Assembly (NCBI GenBank): GCA_965279515.1
Contig: CBDIID010000003.1
Location: 2,208,001 to 2,272,000 of the forward strand
Length of the DNA: 64,000 nt
Source: Turneriella sp.
GTDB lineage: Bacteria; Spirochaetota; Leptospiria; Turneriellales; Turneriellaceae
Direction of reading: 5' to 3'
In this document: positions 40,704 to 50,447 of the stretch, in pieces
How the letters are laid out: the number at the start of each line of letters is the position of its first letter
How positions within the stretch are numbered: position 1 is the first letter of the stretch
The notes under the pieces: generated by a model
What the model saw: only the letters and a program-made list of their open reading frames with translations
Database searches by the model: none
What the model was told of the DNA's origin: nothing
Position numbers and translations under genes: made by a program

Positions 40704-41770
40704 CGCCGGCTGAGCCTCAGCATATATGTTTCGACATTCGCTAGCCGCGTCTGCGCCGCAAAGCTGCGATTGAAATACGCTGTTCCCCGCGCATGCGTGA
40801 CGCGGCGGCGGTGGCCGCCGTCGTGCCCGAATATTTTGACCGCCGCATCGCCAAAAAGCTTTTGATACACCGCGCGCATCAGCGAACCGACATCGCCGGC
40901 GGGGTTCTCGACGGCTGTCAGGTCGGGCCGCGATACGGCGCAGAATTCCTGCACCAGCGGGTGCGAAGAGGCGTAGGCGAGATGTGCGGCAAAGGGCAGG
41001 CGCTGCACCGCCGGATAACCCAGCAGGTCACAGACCAGCAACATCTGGTGTGAATGGATTGCCGAAACGGCACCCACAAAATGTTCCCGGCTGGCAAAGC
41101 CGGCGTCGACGGAGAACACAACCTGTGGATAGATACCACGGGCAATGAGTGCCGGCAGTGCGGTATCGGCACACCAGATCGTCATATACCCCGTTAAATC
41201 AGCGTTATCCAGCGACGGCCCTGCCATCACCAGGGCGTCTGGCCTTTTGCCCCCTAGCCGTTTAATGTCGCCGTAACCGGCCGCAGGCATCGCGTTCACG
41301 CGAAAATTGATCTGCCAGAGCTTACCAAAGTGGCCGATCGTTTTTAAGCGCACCGCCGCGCGTTCCAGCAGGGCCCGCGTCGCCTGGACTACATAGTCAG
41401 CCGCCTGCTGCCACTGGGCAATCGGCAGTAAGGTAAATTTTTCAGCGGCGCCGACATTGTTGATAAAACCTTCGAGGGCGGCATCGTCGGCGACCAAGCG
41501 GTCATCGGCGGGTAAATGTTCCGTAAAAAGCACGGGAGCAATCCAGACAAACCGGGTGCGATCGTTGAATATATCTTCGAGGCCACCAGCATAAGGAGCA
41601 ATCACCAGCGCCGTATGCCCCGCCGGTACGGATGCGATGAGCTCCCTTATCTGCGCGAGGTCGCGCGTACCTGAGCGGTCACTGTAGATCGGGATTTTTT
41701 TTCCCTGGAACAAAACAAAAAAGCGGCCTTCCGTCGCTTCGGCAGAAAGTTCGCTGAAGGCGAGCAGCAT
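40694..41770 (-). CDS. MptE-like / motility-associated factor (Maf) domain protein
   Basis: LVMAGPSLD, CADTAL, GIYPQVVFSVD, GHD; start set at MLLAFS. Confidence 0.7.
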   Translation of the reverse strand: MLLAFSELSAEATEGRFFVLFQGKKIPIYSDRSGTRDLAQIRELIASVPAGHTALVIAPYAGGLEDIFNDRTRFVWIAPVLFTEHLPADDRLVADDAALEGFINNVGAAEKFTLLPIAQWQQAADYVVQATRALLERAAVRLKTIGHFGKLWQINFRVNAMPAAGYGDIKRLGGKRPDALVMAGPSLDNADLTGYMTIWCADTALPALIARGIYPQVVFSVDAGFASREHFVGAVSAIHSHQMLLVCDLLGYPAVQRLPFAAHLAYASSHPLVQEFCAVSRPDLTAVENPAGDVGSLMRAVYQKLFGDAAVKIFGHDGGHRRRVTHARGTAYFNRSFAAQTRLANVETYMLRLSRRYA

Positions 41771-41772
41771 AG

Positions 41773-42300
41773 TTATTCCAATTCTATTCGAATTGTTCGC
41801 TCGCCGATGAGATCTTTTCCACAATAGACACCATAGGTCACTGCGAAGGGTTCGAGCCGCCGATACGGCTCTGCTTTGACGATCGCATATCTTTTCTCTA
41901 TAAGACTACCGAGCATCACAAGTCCATAGACATTATTTTCGCGTAACTCCAGGTATTCAAGCTCCAGCTTTTCGCCCGTAGGTGGTGAGAATGTATAACG
42001 CCCGTGCAGGCATTCGAAGGTAACGTCGTATTTTGAGCGCGCATTCTTCAGTTCAAAGGCAAGGCGGTCGCCGCGGAAATATACCGAGTTCGCAAAATCG
42101 CGGATCGTTTTGTTCCGCACGGTTTTTTCTGACGCGGAATAGACAACCTTTTCGGCAACGGGATTGATACAGCCCTTGGGATCAAAGTCGCGGCAAAAAG
42201 AAAAGATGTTATGCTGTTTGCATGCGCAGCACAGTAGAGATCCCACTGCAAAAAAAAAGGGTATGGCGATTCTCACAGGACCTTCAAGGCGAAACCGCAA
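41773..42300 (-). CDS. Hypothetical lipoprotein
   Basis: Hydrophobic signal ending ...LLCCAC; start uncertain. Confidence 0.55.
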   Translation of the reverse strand: MRFRLEGPVRIAIPFFFAVGSLLCCACKQHNIFSFCRDFDPKGCINPVAEKVVYSASEKTVRNKTIRDFANSVYFRGDRLAFELKNARSKYDVTFECLHGRYTFSPPTGEKLELEYLELRENNVYGLVMLGSLIEKRYAIVKAEPYRRLEPFAVTYGVYCGKDLIGERTIRIELE

Positions 42301-42743
42301 AGGGAAATCAACAACAAAAGCGAGATGATAAAAACCGGCGATACGACGCGTGGCTGCGGCAGCTCTTTCTCAGGATACGTGTGTTCGACCTCGGGCGTGA
42401 ACGGTTTCAGTGTCTCTTGTGTTAAATAGATCTGCACGAGCCACAGCACAAGTTTTGCCGAAAACACCAGGCCATAGAATCCCTTCAGCACCGACTTGCC
42501 CTTGAGCCCAGCCAGCGCTGCCCCTGAAATCACAATGACAATGAAGGCGCCGTGGAGGAACTTCCAGTAGAGGATAATGATCTCGCCACGGAAATTATCG
42601 ACATACTTATACGAGCGGTAGCGGCCGTAGATGCGCTGGAATATCAGCAGAAGAAAAACGAGGGAGCCGAAATAGACCGCGACGCCCAGCCAGTGGGCGG
42701 CGGTAAAAACAACCGGTACCCATTCCTGAGCCGGCTGCGCCAC
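42273..42743 (-). CDS. 4-TM membrane protein (CopD/DUF4149-like)
   Basis: AHWLGVAVYFGS, ISG, KLVL. Confidence 0.6.
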   Translation of the reverse strand: MAQPAQEWVPVVFTAAHWLGVAVYFGSLVFLLLIFQRIYGRYRSYKYVDNFRGEIIILYWKFLHGAFIVIVISGAALAGLKGKSVLKGFYGLVFSAKLVLWLVQIYLTQETLKPFTPEVEHTYPEKELPQPRVVSPVFIISLLLLISLCGFALKVL

Positions 42744-42748
42744 GGGGC

Positions 42749-43108
42749 TTAGTCTTCGCGGTAGTAGAGCTCGACCAGATTGCCGTTCGGGTCGGTCACG
42801 TGAACGCTTTCGCCGCCTTCGATCTCGAAGGGGCCTTTGGCGATGGTAATTTCACCCTGCTCTATTTCTTGCAGCGCCTCGGTGAAGTCGTCAACATCGA
42901 GTAAAAACGATAAAACGGGGACTTTTGCGTAGGGCTCAAGGCCGCTATCGAGCCGAATCTGAAGGTTATCAAAGGAAACCACTGCAAAATTTGTGCTTTC
43001 TTCGACAACTTCGAAGTCTAAAAACTGCGTGTAGAATTCTACCGCCTTTTGAAGGTTTTTGGCGGGCATATTGATATGACTCAGCGTTTCGATGATGACC
43101 ATGTGCAT
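42749..43108 (-). CDS. VOC/glyoxalase family protein
   Basis: LSHINM, AVEFYTQFLDF, DPNGNLVEL. Confidence 0.88.
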   Translation of the reverse strand: MHMVIIETLSHINMPAKNLQKAVEFYTQFLDFEVVEESTNFAVVSFDNLQIRLDSGLEPYAKVPVLSFLLDVDDFTEALQEIEQGEITIAKGPFEIEGGESVHVTDPNGNLVELYYRED

Positions 43109-43157
43109 GGCAAAAAGCACGGGAAAAACATGCCAGCAAGCATAATTTGAGAATCGA

Positions 43158-44432
43158 TTATCGGCTGGCGACAGGGCGACGCGCCGCAGGCACCGGTAGT
43201 GAAAAAATCTCGATGGGATTGGGAATTCCCTTGAGCTCTTTGGCGCCATGCGGCTCGAGGCGGATTCTCAGCAAACGCGCCAGATCGGCACTGATCAGGA
43301 CATTCTTGCCGAGCTCAGCACAGAGCGCGGCAACCCGGCTCGCGGTATTGACCGCCGCACCGATCGCCGTGAAATCGAGGCGGTCGTTCGAGCCGATATT
43401 GCCATACTGTATCAGGCCATAATGCAGGCCGATACCGTGCTCCAGGGGGATTTTCCCCTCGGATACGCGCCGCTCGTTGAGCTTTTTCAGTGCGCGGCCG
43501 GCGGCATTCGCCGCGATCAGCGACTGGTATTTCACCTGCCGCTCTTTGCCCTCGCGCGCGCTGAAGATGACCAGGAGTCCGTCTCCCAGGAATTTAAGCA
43601 CTTCGCCGCCATACTCGCGCACCACGGGAATAATAGTCTCATAGTAGGTGTTTAAGACCTCGATAATTTCTTCGGGCTGCATGATCGAACTCATCGCCGA
43701 AAAACCGCGGATGTCTGAAAACCACACAACCGACTCGAAATTTTCCATGTCACCGCGCTGGATACGCCCCGCCAATACCTGTGGCCCGGTGATTTCGCCG
43801 AGATAGAGGCGCAGCAAACTATCGAGCAGTTCATCTTTCAGGCGCGCCTCGAGTGCCAGCGTAAAGAGTCCCGTCAGGCGCTTCAGGTCAGTCATCGCCG
43901 CGGCATTGAATCCGCCTTTTTTGCGTGTCGCGAAGCTGATAAAACCCTCGATCTTCGCCTTGAAGTAAACCGGAAGTGCCAGGTAGTCGGTGCCGTCGAG
44001 CTCGTGCAGGTCTTTGAGAATCGGGTATTTAAATTTCTTCTGGCCCCGTAGGATTTTTTCGCGCACGGTGCGACCATGGAGAATGACCGGCGCCATCGGC
44101 GATTCGCGGAACGCCGGTGTCTCGATGTTTACACGCAATATGCGGATGTGATTTACGTAACCGTTTTTCAGTTTGATCTGGCGCACATCCTGGATACCGG
44201 TGCCCGGCGGCGGCAGCGGTATGTTATCGACATCTGACCATACCAGTGAAATCGCACCGAACTGCGGGTGCAAAGAACGGCTGGCGAAATTGGCGCGGAA
44301 AATCTGGTAACCCGCGCGGTTGAGAAAACCGGTGAAGGCGCCGAAAAATTCGACCGCCGATGCTTCTTTTCCGGATTTGCGCGCGAGCCAGTCGCCAAAT
44401 TCAAAAATCAGATTCTTCTGCTTTTCAGCCAT
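43158..44432 (-). CDS. Class III adenylate cyclase with N-terminal GAF-like region
   Basis: FSDIRGFS, LKFLGDG, IGLHYG, DFTAIGAAVNTASR; K and D specificity residues indicate ATP. Confidence 0.9.
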   Translation of the reverse strand: MAEKQKNLIFEFGDWLARKSGKEASAVEFFGAFTGFLNRAGYQIFRANFASRSLHPQFGAISLVWSDVDNIPLPPPGTGIQDVRQIKLKNGYVNHIRILRVNIETPAFRESPMAPVILHGRTVREKILRGQKKFKYPILKDLHELDGTDYLALPVYFKAKIEGFISFATRKKGGFNAAAMTDLKRLTGLFTLALEARLKDELLDSLLRLYLGEITGPQVLAGRIQRGDMENFESVVWFSDIRGFSAMSSIMQPEEIIEVLNTYYETIIPVVREYGGEVLKFLGDGLLVIFSAREGKERQVKYQSLIAANAAGRALKKLNERRVSEGKIPLEHGIGLHYGLIQYGNIGSNDRLDFTAIGAAVNTASRVAALCAELGKNVLISADLARLLRIRLEPHGAKELKGIPNPIEIFSLPVPAARRPVASR

Positions 44433-44537
44433 AGATCTGTCACAGAAGCCCACCATCACCGTCAATGGAATTCACAGCGTGTACGCGGGAAATCCCACAT
44501 TGTGTTGACGCCATAATGACAGCGATTAGCAACCAGT

Positions 44538-44801
44538 ATGGAAGCACACATTGCCGCGAAACAACCGATCGAAGCCGAACTCGAAGCAGGCAAAACCTAT
44601 TTCTGGTGCGCTTGCGGGCATTCGAAAACGCAGCCCTACTGCGACGGCACTCATAAAGAAGTAAATTCAGGCATTGCCGATGCAGCCGCGCGCTTCAAAC
44701 CGGTACGCGTTTCATCAGAACAGGCGCAAAAGGTGTGGCTTTGCATGTGTAAGCATACGAAAAATGCGCCCTATTGTGACGGAACCCATAAAACTCTCTA
44801 A
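44538..44801 (+). CDS. CDGSH iron-sulfur protein (two motifs)
   Basis: WCACGHSKTQPYCDGTH and LCMCKHTKNAPYCDGTH. Confidence 0.95.
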   Translation: MEAHIAAKQPIEAELEAGKTYFWCACGHSKTQPYCDGTHKEVNSGIADAAARFKPVRVSSEQAQKVWLCMCKHTKNAPYCDGTHKTL

Positions 44802-44996
44802 AATGTAGCGGTGCTTAGCACTTTTCTTCCCTTAAACCACCAATTCTTAGCATAAATTAGGCCGCCGATAGGGCCATTTTGTGCCATTTTATTCCTTACG
44901 AGAAGAAACCCAAGGATCTCTTAGCGAGACTATGGCATTTAATTTGCTGGATCTCGCCTAAGAGAACCCAATTCTCTAATACACAAGGAGTTAAAC

Positions 44997-46520
44997 ATGA
45001 AGTTAAAAAGCATTGCCTTATTGGCAAGTTTAACAGTCTTCGCTGCTGCAGTTTCTGCCGCGCCGAAGAAAGCCCCGGCAAAGCCAGTGGCCGCTAAGGT
45101 AGACCCAAAAGTGGCTAAAGCTGAAGCAGAGGCAAAAGCTAAGGCGGAAGCAGAAGCAAAAGCCAAGGCTGAAGCGGCGAAGGCGCCCGAAGGCCCGCCG
45201 GACAAAGCGTCATGGTTCAATGTTGGTGGTAATCTCGTACAAGGTTACACTTATAACCCGCAACATCCGTCAGACGGATATAACGGTACATTGACCTGGA
45301 CAGACCGCGCGAATGAGTATCAGCTCAATCAGGCGTGGATGTACTTCGAGATTCCCACAGACACAAGCAAAAAAGATTTTGACTTTGGTCTGCGCGTGGA
45401 TACTATGTTCGGTTCCAGCTACCGTTGGGCAACCAGCGCCGGTTTTGAAGACAAACTGTTCAAAACAAATACCGGTAACGGCTCGAGCGTAGCAAGCAAC
45501 CAATATGGCTTGGCAATTCCCCAAGCATACGTTGATATGGCTTACAAGTCGCTGAAACTGCGCGTGGGTCACATCATATCGCCTGTAGGTTTTTTTACGG
45601 TGGATACAACACAGAACGTGTTTAATACCATCCCCTACACGTATGCTTACGGTGAGCCTTTCACGCACTGGGGTGCATTTCTGTATTGGACTGCCAGTGA
45701 TAAGCTGACCCTTATGGGTGGTGCAACACGCGGTGGAGATAACCTCGATGGCGCAGGTGTTGGCTCGAAAGTTCCCGGCTTCCTTGGAACGCTGACGTAC
45801 GTCTTCGACAACAAAGCAACCTTTGACTGGGTTGTTCACGTAAGTAAGGAATACAACTACCACAGCTCAACCACGAGCACAAACCCGGCTCAGAGTTATG
45901 CTTTGGGTTCGTACAACCCTGATGACAGTCTCTACAGCTGGAGGTACTTTCAGACGCTCGTCTATAAGCGCCCACTTACCTCAACGCTGCAGCTGGTTGT
46001 TCAGTCTGACTTCGGAATTCAAAAAGTGGCAGACATGAAGTCCGCTCTGGATGCAACAAATCCGCAGAAAGACAAAGACGTTACAGCAATGTGGTACGGT
46101 GCGAACGTGTACCTGATACACCAGACACTGCAAACGCTGCAACTCGCGGTTAACTTTGAATGGTTCCGTGACAATAACGGTGTTCGCGTAGGTAACGTGC
46201 TCCCCACATACTCTGCGGCAACAACAGGTGTGCGTGGTATGGGTTCGAACTATCTCGCCGGCGGCCGTCTGAATTACGTGGGTAACTTCTTCCAGGTTAC
46301 ATTCGGTCCAAAATGGCAACCACAGAAGAACTTCTTCGTTCGTCTGAATGGTCGTTATGACTACTTCGACGGAACAGCGTTGAATGCAACGACTGCAGCA
46401 ACACTCGCTGCTTCCACGGATGCTGCGACACGAGCTACAGATCCTGCCGCATTACCGTTTGGGAACGGAGCGAAAAAAGATCAGTTCGTAATTGGCTTAG
46501 ACGCAGCTCTCCTCTTCTAA
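44997..46520 (+). CDS. Outer-membrane beta-barrel porin (BBP2/DUF1597-like)
   Basis: AAGGAG SD; signal peptide; DRANEYQLNQ, IPQAYV, GEPFTHWG, EWFRD; C-terminal F. Confidence 0.8.
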   Translation: MKLKSIALLASLTVFAAAVSAAPKKAPAKPVAAKVDPKVAKAEAEAKAKAEAEAKAKAEAAKAPEGPPDKASWFNVGGNLVQGYTYNPQHPSDGYNGTLTWTDRANEYQLNQAWMYFEIPTDTSKKDFDFGLRVDTMFGSSYRWATSAGFEDKLFKTNTGNGSSVASNQYGLAIPQAYVDMAYKSLKLRVGHIISPVGFFTVDTTQNVFNTIPYTYAYGEPFTHWGAFLYWTASDKLTLMGGATRGGDNLDGAGVGSKVPGFLGTLTYVFDNKATFDWVVHVSKEYNYHSSTTSTNPAQSYALGSYNPDDSLYSWRYFQTLVYKRPLTSTLQLVVQSDFGIQKVADMKSALDATNPQKDKDVTAMWYGANVYLIHQTLQTLQLAVNFEWFRDNNGVRVGNVLPTYSAATTGVRGMGSNYLAGGRLNYVGNFFQVTFGPKWQPQKNFFVRLNGRYDYFDGTALNATTAATLAASTDAATRATDPAALPFGNGAKKDQFVIGLDAALLF

Positions 46521-46539
46521 GGAAACTGTATCGAATCTC

Positions 46540-46569
46540 AAAAAGGCGGCCGCTGGCCGCCTTTTTTTT
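46540..46569. terminator. Bidirectional intrinsic terminator
   Basis: AAAAAGGCGGCC-gct-GGCCGCCTTTTTTTT between convergent genes. Confidence 0.88.
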
Positions 46570-46571
46570 GC

Positions 46572-49500
46572 CTAGCGCTTTCGCTTTTTTTTCTTCCACT
46601 TCGACTTACCTTCGTTGGCGCCTTCATAGACCAGGCGCGGCGCAGTCTCGGCTGTCGCCTCGTGATCCCTGATATCGAAGTAATCCGTTTTGCCGGCATG
46701 CGAGCCCGCAGTGGGCGCCGTGGGATTCTCGTCTTTTACGATCAAAAGGTAGAGGCATGGTAAGACAGTCAGAATCAGCACCAATGCCGCAAACAGACCG
46801 CCGACGACGACCGTGGCAAGCGGTCGCTGCACGTCTGAACCCACCCCCGTTGCCAGCGTCGCGGGGATTAATCCCAGAAGCGCCAGCGTCATCGTCATGA
46901 GGCGGGGCCTCAGCTGCACAATCGCCGCGTGTTCGACGGCTTCCATGACGCTCATGTTCAGGTTTGACCTCAGGATCAGGTTTGTTCGCGAAACGAAGAG
47001 GACTCCCCCCATCGTCGCAATACCGAACAACGAGATAAATCCCACCCCGGCCGAGATGTTGAAGTAATAATCGCGGACGACGAGCGCCATGAGGCCGCCG
47101 ACCAGCGACAGCGGAATGCAGGCCAGCGCCACCATCACGTAACGCAGGCGTTTGTAGAGGCCATACAGCAGCGCAAAGATGATAAAGATCGTCACCGGAA
47201 TCGCTACCGCCAACTGCTTACCGACGCGCGCGAGGTTCTCATAGTTGCCGCCGTATTCGAGGCTGTAGTCCTCGGGCAATTTTACCTGCGCGGCAACCTT
47301 GTCCTGTAACTCTTTCACGAAACCACCCTGGTCGCGGCCGCGGATATTCGTGCGCACTGTGATGGCGCGCTTACCTTCTTGCCTGAAAATCATCGTTGGC
47401 CCATCGATGATGGAAATATCGGCAAGCTGCGCCAGCGGCACGCGTTCTCCGGTGGGAGCGAAAACCGGCAGGGCCTGCAGCGCCTTGACGCTCTTGCGGT
47501 ATTCATAGGGATACCGCACAACGATGCCGAAGCGCCATGGCCCTTCATACAGCGTCGATATCCGCTGGGCACCGATACCCCGCTCTATGACGCTCTGGAT
47601 CGTGCTGATATTGATGCCGTAGCGTCCGGCAACTTCGCGCTTGATCTTGATCGTCAGTTGCGGCGAGTCGGCTTCCTGTTCGAGACCATATTCCGAAGCC
47701 CCCGGAATCTGACTGAGGATATCGAGGATTTCATTGGCTTTTTGCCGGGCGATCTTGAGATCGGGCCCATAGACAAACACCGCCAATTCAGCAATGGTAC
47801 CGTTAATCGCCTCCTGCATGTTATCCATAATCGGCTGCGAAAAGCTCCAGCGCACCGAGGGAAACTCGTGTTCCATATCCTTGATAATGCGGATGAGCAG
47901 ATCCTGTTTTGTTATTTTCTCTTCCCACTTCGCGTAATCGTGCAGCGACATCGTGATTTCGAGGCGATTGGGCGGCAGCGGGTCGGTACCCGAATCGTTG
48001 CGTCCGAGCTGCGCCACGGAGTTGGCGATCATGGTATTCTTCGCCAGGACTTCCTGAATCTTCGGCAACTGCTTGTTTGCGGACTGCAAAGAAACACCTA
48101 CCGGGAAATATCCCCTAAGTGTCAGGTTGCCTTCGTCGAGCTCGGGCAAAAATTCAGACCCGATCTTCAGCGTACCGAATATCGTCAGGGCGAGAACGGC
48201 GCCGAATGCGATGGCGACGACCTTTTTGTAGCGGGCCAGCAAATAACGTACCACACGATCGTACTGTTTTTCTATCCAGCCGTATACCGGGTTGTGCCAT
48301 TCGATTTTCTCCTTGCTGTCGGATTCCCAGTATTTCCGGTAAATCATCGCCATTAACACGGGCACTACTGTCATGGCAAAAACGAGCGATCCGAGAATCG
48401 CGTAAGAAATCGTAAACGCCATCGGTTTAAAGAGCCGTCCCTCGATACGCTCAAACGAGAAGATGGGAATATAGGCGAGGATAATAATGAGCATCGAAAA
48501 GACGATCTCCATCCCCACTTCCTTGGTGCCGTTCAGCGTATACTGGCCGATATTCTGCGTGCGGTTGTCTTTTCGGTCACGGTAAAGCCGCGTGATGTTC
48601 TCGGCCATAACGACGACGCCGTCGACGATGATACCGAAGTCAATCGCGCCCAGCGATAAGAGGTTCGCCGAAAGCCCCGTCATCCGCATGAGAATAAAAG
48701 CGCAACAGAGCGAGAACGGTATCGTCAACACCACCACCATCGCGGTGCGCACCGAACCGATGAAGAACACCAGAATCAAGGTCACAATCGTCACACCCTC
48801 TATCAGGGTTTTGCTGATCGTATTCAAGGTATACTTGACGAGATCGCCCCGGTCGACCATGACCTTGACCTGCATGCCATCCGGCATGTATTTCTCATTG
48901 ATTTCTTTGGTCTTCGCGCGCAGTTTTTCTCCGGTAGTATTGGGGTCACACCAGCGCCGCATGGCCGTGTTCCCCTGGACTCCCGAGGGGACGCTGAACA
49001 GCGCTTCGCCGGCGGATTTATCCTGCGTGAAATAGTTCACAACCCCTTGCGGTATCAGCGGCGAAACTTCGACCGAGGCCAGGTCTTTAACGAAGACCGG
49101 TACGCCGCGTTCGGTTTTCACAAAAATATTTTCGATATCCTTGAGATTGCGGATAGCGCCCAGCGAACGGATCGCAAACCCCTGGTCGCCCTGGCGCAGA
49201 ATATTGCCGCCGCTGTTGAGATTATTATTCTGAATGGCGTTGACGACTTCTTCGAGATTGGTATTGTATTGAACCATCCGCTCCGGGGTCGTGATTACGT
49301 GGTACTGTTTTTCCAGGCCGCCGAATGTCACAACATCGGCAACGCAAGGCACCGATAGAAGTTTCGGCATGACTACCCAGTCCTGCACCGTGCGCACTTC
49401 CATCGGCGTATGGTTTTTTCTGCTCTCGACGATGTAACGGAAAATCTCGCCCGAAGGTGAACTCATCGGCGCAAGTTCCGGTTCCACTTCGGGGGGAATC

Positions 49501-49862
49501 TGCGCTTCCTTGACTTTTTCCATCAGACGTATGCGCGCGAAATAGTCGTCGGTACCTTCTTCGAAGACGAATTGGAATGTCACAAGGCCATTGATCGTCC
49601 GCGAACGCCTGACGCGCACATTGGGCGTATTATTTGTGACGCGCTCAATGGGCAGTGTCACACGCTCTTCAACCTCGACGGCGGCGCGCCCCGGAAACGC
49701 CGCAACCATACGTACCTGCGTATCGGCAATATCCGAATACGCCTCTTTCTGGATGCCGACCCACGACCAGATTCCCAGCGCTACGATGAGACCGGCGAGA
49801 CCGAGGGTCGGGAGTTTGTTCTTGAGGGCGAACTCCACCGCCCGAAAAATAATCTTATCCAT
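46572..49862 (-). CDS. CzcA/CusA-family heavy-metal efflux RND permease (copy 2)
   Basis: [54 protein letters not shown] before ATG 49862. Confidence 0.95.
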   Translation of the reverse strand: MDKIIFRAVEFALKNKLPTLGLAGLIVALGIWSWVGIQKEAYSDIADTQVRMVAAFPGRAAVEVEERVTLPIERVTNNTPNVRVRRSRTINGLVTFQFVFEEGTDDYFARIRLMEKVKEAQIPPEVEPELAPMSSPSGEIFRYIVESRKNHTPMEVRTVQDWVVMPKLLSVPCVADVVTFGGLEKQYHVITTPERMVQYNTNLEEVVNAIQNNNLNSGGNILRQGDQGFAIRSLGAIRNLKDIENIFVKTERGVPVFVKDLASVEVSPLIPQGVVNYFTQDKSAGEALFSVPSGVQGNTAMRRWCDPNTTGEKLRAKTKEINEKYMPDGMQVKVMVDRGDLVKYTLNTISKTLIEGVTIVTLILVFFIGSVRTAMVVVLTIPFSLCCAFILMRMTGLSANLLSLGAIDFGIIVDGVVVMAENITRLYRDRKDNRTQNIGQYTLNGTKEVGMEIVFSMLIIILAYIPIFSFERIEGRLFKPMAFTISYAILGSLVFAMTVVPVLMAMIYRKYWESDSKEKIEWHNPVYGWIEKQYDRVVRYLLARYKKVVAIAFGAVLALTIFGTLKIGSEFLPELDEGNLTLRGYFPVGVSLQSANKQLPKIQEVLAKNTMIANSVAQLGRNDSGTDPLPPNRLEITMSLHDYAKWEEKITKQDLLIRIIKDMEHEFPSVRWSFSQPIMDNMQEAINGTIAELAVFVYGPDLKIARQKANEILDILSQIPGASEYGLEQEADSPQLTIKIKREVAGRYGINISTIQSVIERGIGAQRISTLYEGPWRFGIVVRYPYEYRKSVKALQALPVFAPTGERVPLAQLADISIIDGPTMIFRQEGKRAITVRTNIRGRDQGGFVKELQDKVAAQVKLPEDYSLEYGGNYENLARVGKQLAVAIPVTIFIIFALLYGLYKRLRYVMVALACIPLSLVGGLMALVVRDYYFNISAGVGFISLFGIATMGGVLFVSRTNLILRSNLNMSVMEAVEHAAIVQLRPRLMTMTLALLGLIPATLATGVGSDVQRPLATVVVGGLFAALVLILTVLPCLYLLIVKDENPTAPTAGSHAGKTDYFDIRDHEATAETAPRLVYEGANEGKSKWKKKKRKR

Positions 49863-50005
49863 GATTGCTCCTTGCAACAAAGACATCTTTGTTTTATCCC
49901 TGCCTGGAGTCGGCGCGCAATGGCAGCCCGCGCAGAGCGGAGCTCAACACTCAAGACGCACCTCTCCATACCCGCGGGTTTTCCGCGGCATTAAAAATTT
50001 TTTGC

Positions 50006-50446
50006 TTAGATGGATCTTACCGGAGGAGGAATCGGATACCGGCTTGGGATATCAGATTGGGCAAAATAATGAAAATCATCGTCGGGATGGATGACACTCA
50101 GGAAAAAACCGGAAGGTTTCAGGACCGCAGAGGTGACCGTCTGCAGAAAAAAATCGCGAAAATGTTCCTGAAAACCGAATCGCAGAAGGCTGCCACGCTT
50201 ATTCGGATGCGCGAGTTTTTGGGCGACTTCACCCGCAGTTTCCCGCACGCCGTGCTCCGATGCCAGCCCTCCGCCTGCAGCATGCAGTTCGGGTGCCTTC
50301 TGGATATGACCGTAGCCGAAAGTTCCCGGCGGCTGCACGCCTCCGGCGACGGCAAATCCGGAGACGGCATAGAATAAAAGGAAGAGCACCGCGGGGATTT
50401 TTCTCCGCGGGGAAAATTCAGAAACTGCTTTCGAATCGGATAACAA
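50006..50446 (-). CDS. Putative arrest-type leader protein ending in SRYPIPPP (paralog of 56800-57231)
   Basis: In-frame TTG just after the czcA1 stop, preceded by AAGAGG; N-terminal hydrophobic segment; ELHAA-x8-GVRET; C-terminal SRYPIPPPVRSI. Confidence 0.7.
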   Translation of the reverse strand: MLSDSKAVSEFSPRRKIPAVLFLLFYAVSGFAVAGGVQPPGTFGYGHIQKAPELHAAGGGLASEHGVRETAGEVAQKLAHPNKRGSLLRFGFQEHFRDFFLQTVTSAVLKPSGFFLSVIHPDDDFHYFAQSDIPSRYPIPPPVRSI

Positions 50447-50447
50447 G

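Noticed and set aside
45110..45185. Tandem ~24-nt repeats
   Set aside because: They encode an AKAEAEAK low-complexity linker with synonymous variation; this is not a CRISPR array or DNA repeat element.
47379..48356. Long antisense ORFs (also 15924-16796, 31316-32248, 55110-56009, 59767-60711)
   Set aside because: They are shadows of well-supported genes on the opposite strand and have no recognisable motifs.
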